A stretch of DNA of 64,000 nt, from positions 1 to 64,000 of the forward strand of contig MU058796.1 of assembly GCA_013265495.1 (NCBI GenBank), read 5' to 3'. The translations under genes were made by a program, and so were the position numbers. The DNA is from Vicugna vicugna (taxonomy: Eukaryota). Positions 10,771 to 24,364 of this stretch are shown piece after piece (within the stretch, counting starts at the first letter, position 1; every line of letters starts with the position of its first letter). Under the pieces are notes generated by a model, which was not told where the DNA came from, did no database searches, and was given only the letters and a program-made list of their open reading frames with translations.

Positions 10771-13700
10771 TTTGTGAAATTTATACCTCACACAAACTGT
10801 ACAGTGGGCTCCAGGATCTTAAGTAACATTTGCTAGGTTCTACAAAAAGCAGGAGTAAGAACCGAGAATTCAGACACAGTTCAATCTAGTTACAAAGTTT
10901 GTGTATTTAACCAGAATTTAGGACTTAAAAGGGAAATCAGAGTACTGAATTTGTATTAGTGTCGGTGCAGTAGGGAACCATGAAAGGTTTTGAGCAGAAA
11001 TATTAGAAAAGTGGATCTTTAAAGTGAAGAATGGGTTAAGAAGGGCAGAGCCGGTGATGGAAAGGCCAATTTGAAGATTATGACAATGATACAGATGAAA
11101 AGAAGTGAGACCTAAGCTAGGTGGCTATGGGAATAAAAAAAAATTTAGATGGATTTAACGGATGTTTTGGTATAGGAATATATAGAGCTGGCAGGTGGCT
11201 CAAAGCAGTGAGCAAAAAGAAAAAATGGAGATTAAACTGATGCTGTGAATCTGAGTGACTAGAAGAATGTTAATGTCATCAATTAGGATGAGGAATAATA
11301 ACTTCTTTCTTACCTTCCTGTATATCCACATGTTTCATTTGGTTACCATTAACAGTAAATATAAATATAGAAAAATAATAAATTATTTGAAAATGTTAAA
11401 AATATTAGATAAAATATAAATTATTTTCAGAGATTTTTATTTATAAGATTTATAAGTGAAACACTAAAATAAGAACATTTATTATGCATCTTAGTATATG
11501 CTTTGCTTTATCTGACATGGCATTATGAAATGTTTTAACTTTTTCATGTCTCAGGTGTGAAACTTTGGTAATTAAAAAATTCCTCTATAGAAAGCATATT
11601 GAGACCTCTGCTCTCCATATCAGTCTTATGGTTATTAAATGCTAATTATTACTAGTACTTAATATCTATCTGAGACTAACATACATACAACCTACAGAAC
11701 AAATGAAAGGTGTTACTCTAGAGCAAAGCAATTTTTTAATGATCAATAGTCTGTCATTAGCATAATGTTTATTTTATGCATCTGCAGACATTGTATCATT
11801 TGAATTGTGGTTTATAAATATTAACCTATTGATCTTTGTTGCTCTTCCATCCGCTATAATTTCTGATAAACATCTGCACTTCTTTATTTGTAGATGAAGG
11901 ACAGAACAATAAAGCAAATCTCTAGGTATCTGATGACTGGACATGGTGAGAGAAAGATTCAGAATCCACATAAATTCCTCAACTATCCTAAAGGCTTATG
12001 TTTCTGCCTATCCATAAAATCCAAGCTGGTAATATGCTCTTTTAAATAAAACTATAGAATAAGTACAATAACATAACATGCCCATTTTATCTAACATTAT
12101 GACTTGTGACTACATATGCTTTATAAATTGTCAAATGACATGCTGAAAATGTACTTGGTTTGTTCCGCAAAAATCTACTGCCATTATTTTCTTTTACATT
12201 TTCTTTTTCAAGTTTTAGCAGCAATTTATTAAGCAAGATTCCCTGAATTCTTCCCGGGGAATGTATCCTTTCATTCTTTTAGGAGTTCATTATATGGAAA
12301 GCAATCTTGATTTCATTTAGGTAGTGAAGATCAGCTCTTTGAATGACCAAAATAACATACCCTTAAAAGTAATTTTAAAAATACGTTTGAAAGAATCTAA
12401 GAAGTTCATTACCTTTCCTAAACATTTTTTTTTTACTCAATTTGTGGGGATTTCCTGATAGAACACTTTATTTGGTCCATTATTTCTCTAATTTATTTTG
12501 CTAAAGCAAACCTGACATAAGACTGAGGCCTGGGACCAGCATTTGAGTTATATTTAATGAAAATTTAAAGCACAAAAGCACTTCAATTACTCCTATTTCC
12601 TGATTTATACTGAAAAATGGGTGCACATATGTGTGTTCCTTTGATAGGGTTCAAATTAGCAGTGAGCTTTTGAAAATTGGTCCTTAGTACCTTCAACAAA
12701 TGTCTTTTTTAACCAGCTTATCTGGAGCAAAACAGAGACTTTTAAATCAAACTTCTGTTTCATCTATTTCTTTCTTTATTACCAAAATGAATAAAGTAAT
12801 TTTGTATGGAAACTTAAATGCTTATCAAAATTGGGAAGCAATAAGTGCAACAATAAAACCATTTGTTATATTATATGATTATAACTGAAGTGATACATTT
12901 GTCTTTCCATAGGGAGTTACATGGATTTCTAAAAATGTGAACCTAGACATGCCAGGTCCGTGCAAGGCAAAGGACCACAAATTATGTCCAGTTGAGCTCA
13001 TTTGAAATTTGTTTAAGTAAAGGAACTTTAGAACGGGGAACCCACAACCCCCATTTCACCACTTGCAGCACAGAAAAGACTCTCAGTAACAGGTCTGACA
13101 AATTCACATTCAGTTCCATATGGTCATTTATCCTCCCTATGTCTTTGAAAGTAAAATACTGTGAAGGCGGCATTTGAGTTTTTGGTGACAAATTACTTTT
13201 CTCAATGGAATCAAAGGCTGTGGCCATCTGCAGTGAGATAGATGAGCCACAGCTGGCTTTCATAATGATCAATCCTGATTGCAGCAGGACTGTGGCACTT
13301 CTGGATTGATTGTGAGGACCTGCTGTGACAAACAATACTGACCAATTCAGACACATTGACAACAAATTATTTCTCATGTTTAGACTGTACCTCATGTCAT
13401 CAGAGGGGAGAGAAGAGATGGAAACCACCCAATACACTTCATCAGTAGTGGAAAGTTGAAAATTCTGAAAATCCTTAAACTTGATTTGGAGACCTAAACT
13501 ACATGATACGCCAATACTGAGACTACATGTATATTCTATCAGTACAATGGGGAGCCATGGTTTTCAGGATTTCTACCATTGCTACCTCAACCTACACACA
13601 CATCCTAAAGAAAACTGCCCTACAACAACTGCTGCTGTATGAACAGTAAACCCCTAGATTGCGTATTTTTTCATATCCCCCAGTCATAGCTGTGATTCAG

Positions 13701-13929
13701 CCATGGACGGACACCAATTGAAAGGCAGAGAGTTCAAGTGTGGTAGTAGCTTTGTGGCCTAAGCCAATCAAATTCCTCTTTTGGGAATTTGTAATTGAGC
13801 ATCTAAGACACTGACTTACTTAGATGTGAAGAATTAGGCTGAAAAGTCATGTATGTAATCTATAAGGCTGGATAAACTGTAATAGACCAAATTTAGTGGA
13901 GGAAAAGAAGAAGTAGCAGTGGCTAACAA

Positions 13930-14150
13930 ACGTTGGATACTTACTCTACATCAGGACCTGTGGTGAATGTTTATCATTCACTATCTATTTTAAACCTCAC
14001 ATCACTATTAAACCTGTTGGGAGACGCTGTTATTATCCCTATATAATTGATTTTAAAAGTCTGAAATTTGGAGAGATTAATTTCTCTATTGCATAGGTGT
14101 AAAATAAAGACAGAACCAAAGTTTAATTCTCTTGGACTCTTCTTAAATTC
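13930..14150 (-). mobile_element. MIR SINE
   Basis: ttggatacttactcta...ttaaacctcacatcacta...tattatccctat, reverse MIR pattern. Confidence 0.55.
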
Positions 14151-15964
14151 AGTTATAGAACTGGGAATCTGTGGGGAGTGGGGAGGTGGAGAAAGAGACA
14201 GAAAAAGGAGAAAGCAGAGAGAAGCAGAAATGACCTTACTATGCAGTCCTGAGATTGTGGCCTTCTCTCCTTACAGCATAGATCTAAGTGCTCATTGAGC
14301 TCTGTTCTCAGCTTCTCATGAATCCATAGTGTGTTTCTAGATGGGTTTACTGTACACAGTGCTTTGGTTAGAACTATTTAGATAATTAAAGAAAAAGTAA
14401 TATTTGTCTTCATTTCTTCAGATATTTATTTCAATGTTTGATAATTCACTTTGATTTCAGAAATTAATTTTTCTGAATATAGAATATGTAGCTAGTAACT
14501 GTGAGCAAATGTGAAATTTTGACTTTTTTCAGCATTTTTCAACTTTTCAATTTACAAGGAACACCCAAGATCAAATAAATAGGAAAAGACCTATTTATTA
14601 TTAATCTACATGATATTTGCATATACATGTGCCTTTTCTTCCTCTAGAATCACTTTCATATTGTGAGATGTTAAATCTGTCCCAAATAAATAGGCCACTG
14701 ATGGCCTCAGCCCATTATAATGTTTCAGTCCCTTAAACAAAAACCCCTATTTGGGGATAGCAGAACCCAGTCTCTTTCCCCACACTTCAGTAACCAAATA
14801 AACTGTTACTCTAAGGATGAGACATTGGAGGATTTATACCCAAACATCTCTTCTCAAAACCTGAATAAAACATCAAAAGAAGAAAGCCTGGATAACTCAG
14901 TCTGAAATTTCTGAAGAATGCTGTTTTCTTATGTAGGAGTGACTTTCAAAGAAGAAAAATTCTATATTATCTTATAGCTTATATTATTTGTATTTTTAGA
15001 TTTAATTACCCTATGCTTTGGTTGAGGGTGAGAGTTTTAACTCCATTGCCAAGTTGGGCAAATTCAAGTTTCAGCTGTTCAAAGGCAAGATTCTCCAAGG
15101 GCTCCATCACTAGTTGTGGGGCTCAGGCTGGGCAGGGCCTCCATGCTGTCTGGGGGTCCATCAGCATTTGTTTGTCCTGTGTTCCGTAAGCAGACAGTAC
15201 AATCAGTGTTTCTTTTCCAGATTGTCGACTGCTGCTATGTTTGGCAGTAGTTAACTGTTTAAGCAAATCTGGGATACTGGAACAGCAATTTAAGATGTAT
15301 AATGAGGCACAGAAATAGTGCCTTAGCATTTTCCATTACTTTCATAATGCTTCACCATCATTCTCTCTAAAATTGTTTGTCTTTGTCTTTAAAGGGAGAA
15401 GGGAAGAAAAGGTTATTTATTGCAAAAGTGTGAAGAGTTCTTTATTCTCTTGGATATGTCCTCAAATTTTGTGTCATTATAGACAAAGTGTTGAGAAAAT
15501 TTGCAGATAATCTTGTCCCAGTTGCCTTAAATTCACTCTACTGAATTTTTTTCCTTAGAATAATACCCGGCAGTATAATAAAATTTTAAATATATTAGCA
15601 GACATTGCCATTGGTCTTTCTTCATGTTAAATAACTGTTAAAAATCTATATGTTGTGTTTACTAATAATATATAAATAAAATACATAAACATTTAAATAT
15701 ATTAACACATTAATATTTTACATAATCCTACACATTTTATAGCATATTTTCAAAGGTTAATGATCCATTTTGCATTTCTTTTGAGTTGTAGGATGTTTGA
15801 TATACCAAAAAAAAGCCTACCTTTTTAATATTATGTAAATATAATATATAAATTATACATTGAATATATGTGTAGTGGAATGTTAGGTATAGCATTCTTT
15901 TTTCTCAACAGTTTTGTCCAAGGTTCCAATGGCTAAGATCAACAATTTCTAGAACATATAAGCA

Positions 15965-16918
15965 GGACATGTTAAAAGGTTGTGAAACTAGTTTAGCAAC
16001 TATGTGTTGAGGGTGGATAAAAGTAAGTCACCAGATTGACAGAAAAAGGATTTCTTTGAAAGTAGTTGTAGGTGGGATCAAATGAAGAAAGTTCTCGACA
16101 GCTGTTCAGAATGCCTGACATGTGTCTCCTGGGGTTTGAGAGTAGGCACAGGGAGAATTCCCAAAGGAAAGAGGTTGACTAAGCACAGCAGGAAGAGGAC
16201 CAACACCTTCAGAGGGAGTTAGCTGCTCTTCCACCAAAGAAGGTGGGGGAGGGGCAGTGAAGGGGAATAATAAAGGAATTTTCCTTTGGACCAAGTAGAC
16301 CTACAGTGGATAGCTGGTCTTGAGTCAATTTGGGAAAGATCTAAGGAGAGAGTGGAGTTGTGTCACTGAAAGCGAAACTGATGAGTGATTTTAGGCAATT
16401 CAGTCAGAGTTAAGGAATAGCCCAGCAGGAGGATTTCTGAAGAATCCACAAAACTTCCCCCTAAATGAAATGGTCAATATTTGGGTATCTGCCACACTCC
16501 GAAGGCAGCTGCTTCAATTTACAGTGGCATCTTCAAATATCATCTCTATCATTTCTTACCTCACTCTGACTTAAGGAAGAGCAGGAGAGGTATGGAACAT
16601 TAAGACAGGGAAAGAGTGACGGAGCCAGACACGACCCTCTTCCTCATTGCAGTTCATTCAGCTGAATGAGGCCCAAACTGATGCTTCTGCAGTTTTAAAT
16701 TAGAGCAGAGAATGAGACCGAGCTAGATGTTAGAATGAGCAACATTATGTGTTACTTAAAGAGAATGACCTGGAATGTAAGGAGATAAGTCCATGAGTTC
16801 ATGTTGGGACAGGGAAAAATAATTCAACAGAATATGCTGAGAGAGAAATCGAGAAAAAGAATAAAATTTTATGTTATTTAAAACCCTAGAAAGTCTAGTT
16901 CCTTTAGCGTACACATAC
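15965..16918 (+). mobile_element. probable ancient solo LTR (Gypsy/MamGypLTR-like, family uncertain)
   Basis: Purine-rich block of about 0.95 kb with AATAAA at about 16860 and a CA end. The family is assigned only by general resemblance. Confidence 0.35.
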
Positions 16919-17064
16919 AATGAAATATCTAAGTAGGATTAAGTCAAGATATGCTGGTTAAAAAAATAATACAATAATAATAATAATAATGCATACAAAA
17001 TCTACTGAAGCATACTGCATATTTACTTAAGATGTTTTCAGAAATATTAGAATGTTTGCCTGTG

Positions 17065-17490
17065 AAAAATATTATGAAGGCATAAGACAGAATAAAAGGG
17101 CTAGAGAGTAGTGGAGGCAGAGGGCTGTCATATTATCAGGGACTGCATCTATGACAAGGTGCCATTTGAGTAGAGATCTGCCAAACTGATGGAATGTCTG
17201 TTCAGTTTGGGGGAAGATCATTCCAAGCACAGGATGCAGCACATACAGAGCTTGAGACTTGGAAATGCTAGTTGTGTTCAAGGACCAGTGAGGGGGGCCA
17301 AGGGGCTGGGATGGCTAGAAACAGAAGAGGGTTGTAAGAGGTATGGTCAGGGAGGTACTAGGTCAGGCAGAGCTTCACAGGTAGTGGGAGAGCTTTGCAT
17401 TCTACTCTGGGAGATAGGGAAAGCTATTGAAAGTTCTAAGCAAAGAAGTAACATGATCTGATGTACGGTCCTAAAGGCTCACTCTTCCAT
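17065..17490 (-). mobile_element. L2 LINE fragment
   Basis: gacaaggtgccatttgagtagagatctg...gctattgaaagttctaagcaaagaagtaacatgatctga...aaaggctcactct, reverse-orientation L2. Confidence 0.75.
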
Positions 17491-18236
17491 GTTTTGCTTT
17501 TTTAATTACTGTGTATGTTGTGGGGTCGGGCAGGGCATGCACTATCCAATAGGCTGTTTACTGCACTTGCCCTATTGTCTAATACTGGCTGTGCTTCACT
17601 CGTTCACTTTGCCTTCTTGGCTCCTGACAGCACTTGAATTTGTGATGCTTATTCCAGGCTCTTACAATTTCTGCCTTTTACTGCACAATAGGAAACCACT
17701 CTTAAAACATAAGCTCAAGCTGCTACCTTCATGTTTCATTTTTTATTTCAAAGCACAGTTCTCTCCAGACATAACTGTGTTCACATTCTCAATTATAAAG
17801 CAATTCTAAAACTTCTGAGTCTTCTGGGGCTTGCTATGGCATTCAGGATAGTTTAGGCCTAAGAAACTAGATACTCCAGGGGTCTTGATCTTGTTACCAG
17901 TTGGAGACCTGGTTGGTTCTAGAGATCTTGTAATTTCTCTCGAAGAAGAATCAGGCAGAACTGGATTAGGACTCCTGTTTAGACAAGGCCATCCCTAGGG
18001 AATGAGGAGGCTAGCCACAGCACATTATAAAAATGTGCCTCCCTGACTCTAAAATGTATTGTTACAGAAATGAAATCAGTTGAAAATTCACTTCCAAGGC
18101 ACACTTGAAGAGAGAAAGAAATCTTCAAGGAACAGTCTGAATATGTTTAGAAATGGAAAGTGGTACCCATTTGCTGTATAATGACATGTATAGGTGTCAA
18201 GTTAGGGGGAAAAATGACCTCAGGTTTCTTTTTCTT

Positions 18237-19832
18237 TTTCTTTTTCTTTTTAACTTTTTTATTGATTTATAATCATTTTACAATGTTGTATCAAATTCCA
18301 GTGTAGAGCACAATTTTTCAGTTATACATGAACATATGTATATTCATTGTCACATTTTTTTTCTCCGTGGGCTACCATAAGATCTTGTATATATTTCCCT
18401 GTGCTATACAGTATAATCGTGTTTATCTATTCTACAATTTTGAAATCCCAGTCTATCCCTTCCCACCCTCCTTGGCAACCACAAGTTTGTATTCTGTGTC
18501 TATGAGGCTATTTCTGTTTTGTATTTATGCTTTGTTTGTGTGTTGTTGTTGTTGTTTTTTTTTGAGATTCCACATAGAAGCAATCTCATATGGTATTTTT
18601 CTCTCTCTTTCTGGCTTACTTCACTTAGAATGACATTCTCCAGGAGCATCCATGTTGCTGCAAATGGCGTTATGTTGTTGGTTTTTATGGCTGAGTAGTG
18701 TTCCGTTGTATAAATATATCACTTCTTTATTCAGTCATCCATCGATGGACATTTAGGCTGTCTCCATGTCTTGGCTATTGTAAATAGTGCTGCTATGAAC
18801 ATTGGGGTGCAGGTGTCATTTTGAAGTAGGGTTCCTTCTGGATATATGCCCAGGAATGGGATTCCTGGGTCATATGGTAAGTCTATTCCTAGTGTTTTGA
18901 GGAATCTCCATACTGTTTTCCACAGTGGCTGCACCAAACTGTATCCCCACCAGCAGCATAGGAGGGTGCCCCTTTCTCCACAGCCTTTCCAGCATTTGTT
19001 ATTTGTGGATTTTTGAATGATGGCCATTCTGACTGGTGTGAGGTGATACCTCATTGTAGTTTTGATTTGCATTTCTCTGATAATTAGTGATATTGAGCAT
19101 TTTTTCATGTTCCTATTGATCATTTGTATGTCTTCCTTGGAAAATTGCTTTTTTAGGTCTTTTGCCCATTTTTGGATTGGGTTGTTGTTTCTTATTAAGT
19201 CGTATGAGCTGTTTATGTATTCTGGAGGTCAAGCCTTTGTTGGTTTCATTTGCAAAACCTTTCTCCCATCCTGTAGGTTGTCTTTTTGTTTTACTTATGG
19301 TTTCCTTTGCTGTGCAGTAGCTTGTAAGTTTCATTAGGTCCCATTTGTTTATTCTTGCTTTTATTTCTATTGCTTGAGTAGACTGTTCTGGGAGAACATT
19401 TTTGAGATGTATGTGAGATAACGTTTTGCCTATATTTTCTTCTAGAAGGTTTATTGTGTCTTCTCTTATGTTTAAGTTTTTGATCCATTTTGAGTTGATT
19501 TTTGTGTATGGTGTAAGGGAGTGTTCTAGCTTCATTGCTTTACATGCTGCTGTCCAGTTTTCCCAGCACCATTTGCTGAAGAGACTGTCTTTATTCCATT
19601 GTCTATTCTTGCCTCCTTTGTTGAAGATGAGTTGACCAAAAGTTTGTGGGTTCATTTCTGGGCTCTCTTTTCTGTTCCATGGTCTATATGTCTGTTTTTG
19701 TACCAGTACCATGCTGTCTTGATGACTGTAGCTCTATAGTATTGTCTGAAGTCTGGGAGAGTTATTCCTCCAACCTCTTTCTTTCTCTTCAGTAATGCTT
19801 TGGCAATTCTAGGTCTTTGATGATTCCATTTA
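18237..19832 (-). mobile_element. young 5'-truncated L1 (camelid type): ORF2 C-terminal part, 3' UTR and A-rich tail, 17-bp TSD
   Basis: ORF2 peptides [62 protein letters not shown] and [16 protein letters not shown] lie in three frameshifted ORFs. Identical flanks TCAGGTTTCTTTTTCTT at 18220-18236 and 19833-19849. Confidence 0.97.
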
Positions 19833-20071
19833 TCAGGTTTCTTTTTCTTACAGCAGCATCTCCCTTCAGCTTTCTTCTTGGCTAACAAGCATGGCAGGGT
19901 AGTTCAGAACTACTACCAAGCACAGAATCTACATTGCACAGAAGATCAAATCTGTTGTATTTTGTCATTTAGGCTCACTCTCTTATGGAATTCTCAGCAC
20001 TGGCTCAGCGATACTCCAGAATTGAACTCACAGAGTCTATAAAATTCCCCAAGCAAAGTTAATTCTTTGTT

Positions 20072-21020
20072 ATTGTTGTGTTCTTATGCTTTTGGTTGGT
20101 TTTGTTTTATTTCTTTTTAAATTGAAAATTTTTTAATTCTTTTATACAATTTTAAAGGTTACTTTCCATTTTAAATTATTACAAAATATTGGCTATATTC
20201 CCCATGTTGTACAATGCATCCTTGAACCTGTCTTACCCACAATAGTCTGTATCTCCCACTCCCCACCTCTGTCTTGTCCCTCCCCCTTTCCTCTCCCCAT
20301 TGGTAACCACTAGTTCTCTTTATCTGTGAACCTGCTTCTTTTTGTTTGTTTTATTCACTAGTTTGTTGTATTTTTTAGATTCCGTATATAAATGATATCA
20401 TACAATATTTTTCTTTCTCTGTCTGACTTATTTCACTTAGAATAATGCCCTCCAAGTCTTCATGTTGCTGCAAATGGCAAAATTACATTCTTTTTTATGG
20501 CTGAGTAGTATCTATTGTGTATATATCCCACACCCTCTTTATCCTTCCATCTACTGATGGACACTTAGTTTGCTTCCATATCTTGGCAATTGTAAATAAT
20601 GCTGCTATGAACATTGGGGTGCATATATCTTTTCAAATTAGTGTTTTTGTTTTTTTCAGATATATACCCAGGAGTGGAATTGCTGGGTCATATGTACAAC
20701 TCAACATCAGAAAAATAGACAACCAAAGTTAAAAATAGGCAGAAGAACCAAACAGACATTTTACCAAAGAGGAAATGTAGATGGCCAGCAAGCATATGAA
20801 AAGATGCTCAACATCGTTAAACATTGAAGAAATGCAAATCAAAAACACAATGAGATATCACCTCACACCTGTCAGAATGACTATCATCAGAAAGAACACA
20901 AATAGCAAATGTTGGTGAGGATGTGGAGAAAAGGGAACCTTTGTACACTCTTTGTGGAAATGTAAATTGGTGCAGCCACTGTAGAAAACTGTATAGAGAT
21001 TTCTCAAAAAACAAAAACAA
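20072..21020 (-). mobile_element. older L1 with 5' inversion (3' part minus 20072-20694, inverted part plus 20695-21020)
   Basis: The minus-strand L1 3' end runs up to ggaattgctgggtcatatg. Plus-strand L1 ORF2 sequence (gaaatgcaaatcaaaaacacaatgagatatcacctcacacctgtcagaatg) follows and ends where the minus part begins in L1 coordinates. Confidence 0.92.
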
Positions 21021-21228
21021 AAACTTTATTCTTATTTGCCCTGTTTAATGTCATTACCAATTAGATTTGTTAAGCATACATGTTAAGCATACAGAGTCAA
21101 GTACTCTAGACCCTGACTATTAGACCTTGGGTATTACAAGGTTAATAAGAACTATTTTGTCCTTGAGGAATGCATGTTCTAGTAGAGTAAAGAGAACCAT
21201 AAATAAACAGTGATGTCACCTATTATCA

Positions 21229-21302
21229 CTGAGGTAAAAAGTAAGGTGTGAATACACAGAGGACTCTGAGGTAAAAAGTAAGGTGTGAATACACAGGGGA
21301 CA
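21229..21302. repeat. 37-bp tandem duplication
   Basis: ctgaggtaaaaagtaaggtgtgaatacacag (31 bp identical) at 21229 and 21266. Confidence 0.95.
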
Positions 21303-21554
21303 CCGTCTTGTTGAAGGGGAAAGATCACATGCAGAACTGAGCATCTAACTTTTCACTTGTCACTTTATATTTTGACTCATTCTAGAATCCAGGAAAAAAT
21401 AATTTTGTGTATCACAAATCCTATAACGTGGTAAAGGTAAGATTGTAGATGGGCTTCAATAACGTCTTAAAGACATCTTAAAACATGCTATAGCAATGGG
21501 AATCCACTGAGGGAGTTTAAGCAGAGGAGATACCTGATTGTAATTACATTTCCT

Positions 21555-22610
21555 CATTTAAATCCCTAGACCCGGCCTCCTTTCTGAGTACCTTATACAT
21601 AACCAATAGCCTGCATTCTTTCCATCTCTACTTGAAGGTCTCACAAACATCTCATGTTCAAAATTCTTCAGTGCCTTCCAGTCTAAATCTTCCCCTAATC
21701 TTTGCCATCTGTTACGCTGAGTGGCACGGCCATCTACCCACCACTAAAGCCAGAAACTTAGAAATCTTTCTCCAGTTTTTCTTTTTTACCAAGTCCTTTC
21801 ATTTTTCTACATGAGGTTGTACTTTAGATCTGTCCATTCCTACTTATTTCTATCATTACTGTCCTAGTTCAAGGCATCCTTAGGCTGCATCTCTACTGTG
21901 GTGATGACGTCCTTCTTAGTTTCCCCACATATGCTTGTGTCTTGCTCCAGGCCATCCTCTGCAGCAGCCAAGAGTGATTTCAACATGGAAACTAGATGAA
22001 TTCACTCCACCTTTGCACCCCCCCCCTTCCTGAGGCAACACGGAAACTCCTCCAAGGTCTTCATATTATACTTAGAATAAAATCAAAATACTTACCATGG
22101 CTTTATATCCCAGAATGCTCTGGCTTTCTTACCTCTCCTCTTACACTTCCTGTAATTCTTTTCCTCACTCTGAGCTTCAGCCCCAGCTTTCTTTTTGTTC
22201 CTAAATGTGCCAAACATTTTTCCCATGCCAAAATATCACACATGATGCTTTCTTTCTCTGCAGTGTTTTTTCCCCATGTCTCATATGGTAACATTTTCTT
22301 ACTCTTCTGTTGTCTTTAAAAATCTGAAATCTTCCTTGACCGACCTCTGTAATATTTTCTGGCCTTCTACTTATTTATATCATGGTACCCAATATGTATC
22401 ATTCATAAAACATATACCCCACAATTAGGTAGATAATGATGATGGATGATAGATTGAAATAGATAGGTAGATAGACAGATATTTTGTTTAATTGTTTAAT
22501 ATTTGCCTCCCCCAATTAACCATTATTCTGGAACCTCCATGAAGTTTGTTTTCTCTACTGTATCCTCAGAATCAAAATGCTCAATAAATTGTTGATGAAT
22601 AAATGAAATA
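21555..22610 (+). mobile_element. L2 LINE fragment with internal GATA-type simple repeat
   Basis: ggtctcacaaacatctca...cagccaagagtgattt...cttagaataaaatcaaa...ctcaataaattgttgatgaataaatgaa; GATA/GATG run at about 22425-22480. Confidence 0.75.
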
Positions 22611-24364
22611 TTCTTTTCTCTTTTTTATCACTTTTCCTTGAACTTGTGTAACTAATTTGCATATACTTCCAAACTATTTTATTTAGATACATAAAAATTC
22701 CTTACCTGATCACTTTCTACTAGGTGCAAAAAAAGAAGCATCCCATCCAGTTAGTGCAAAGCACTAAGAAAGCAATTTCACAGGATATGTTTAAATGCTA
22801 AAATGAATTTTTTAACTTCCATTGACCGCTGAATTTCTTATATTCCCATATGTGATCAATTTCTATATTTACTGGATTTTTTATTTAAATGCATATCCAT
22901 TTATTATGTTCTGTCATCAAAATGAAGCAAATAGTTAAGTCTGCTTCTCTATTGTTTGTGTCTTGAACAAAATAAAAAAAAATCCATTCAAATCTTGTTT
23001 TAATATATGAAGCAGTATAGATAACTTTTCATTGCAGGTACACATAAACATTTCTCTTGTGTTACTTCATTCCCCGTTTCTAACCAAAACATTTTTTAAA
23101 AAGGCTGTTCTTGCAGTCTTTGCAGAATTTCAAGCCTTAGTCAAAGAAGAAAGTCCCCAAAATCTTTTCAGAAAGCCTGTTTGGGCACTATTCCCAGCCT
23201 AATTTTGCAAACCAAGATGTTTGGGCAGTCCTGGTATGCTAGGGATAAGGAGTTGAGGATTTTTATCCGAATTAAACCCGAACTCCAACCTTAATTAACA
23301 TACCACAACATTGTTAACTCCTTGACTATGTTAGACATTGGTTTAGTTCAACTAATTCCACCTCTGGAATATAGCCTCTCATTTATGTTCCTGCTGATTG
23401 CTTATATTTTCATTTCAGCTCCCCCATTGCTTTTCAAAAGATGGAAATATTGTCCCACTTTTTGTTGCTAGGCAAATATCTCTAGAGTTATGCAAAGAAA
23501 GCAAAATCACTAAAGTCAGATAACATAGACATGGTGACAGGAACTTCTGGAGCTTTCTGTTTTATACGTTTCCCCCCTCTGATGACTAAGAACAGTTCAT
23601 GCAAAAGATGTGACACTTTATATGTAGTTATTTATATGTGATATTTTATAAATTTATTTATATTGCCTTATACCTTTTTGGAGAAATGAATACTGGTATA
23701 TATATATCAGTATTGATACATATGTATGCATATACATATATATATATTGGCAAATGCATTTAATCTTGGCATTTAAGTTCACATGTAGAAAGCATGAACT
23801 GGCAAGATTAGTGTGAACTCTGTATCTGTTTATACAGCTAAGTATGTATGTAATTGATGCTTAGAAGCTATCAGTCTGTAAGAATATGCCCTAGATTCTT
23901 TGAAATTGCATCAAAGAAAATCAGCAAAGGACACATATTCTCTGTCCCTCATTCCAAGACCGCTTTACACACGTAGCCACATTTTGATCCTGTTGCCTTC
24001 AAACCTTCTTTAAATCCCTAAATTTCAACTTGCATTACCTGTTGCTAGCACTGCTGCTATTCCCTCATTACTATTTCACTCAGAGTTCTGGAGCCTAGTA
24101 TGAAGTCAAATGTAAAGTGACAAGTGAAAACCAAGGGGCTTCAAAGTACAAATTGTATATGATCTTCTTGCCATAACAGAATAGTGTCATTGTCCTGTTA
24201 AATTAGAGCATCTATCCTCTTCTACTCCAGAGAATTGGCAGCATGAATTCTATTCGACAGCTAATACGAATTCTGGAGAGATTTGGAAACGTTCCTTAGA
24301 AGTATCAGAAGTAAAAAGTTCCCAGATTCCCCATATAAATACTTCCCTCAGATCATAAACATAT

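Noticed and set aside
13080..13440. Faint resemblance of plus-frame translations to a Wnt C-terminus (LKVKY, D-C-E-D-L/C-C..Y) or a PPAR-like ligand-binding domain (FGD..MESK..EIDEPQLA)
   Set aside because: Both need ad hoc frameshifts or gaps, most invariant residues are missing, and the two readings are mutually exclusive. No family is called without a search.
18731..19888. 130-, 199- and 78-aa ORFs as genes
   Set aside because: They are frameshifted fragments of L1 ORF2 in a 5'-truncated copy.
21229..21302. CRISPR-like direct repeats
   Set aside because: Only two abutting copies, no spacers, and the DNA is mammalian.
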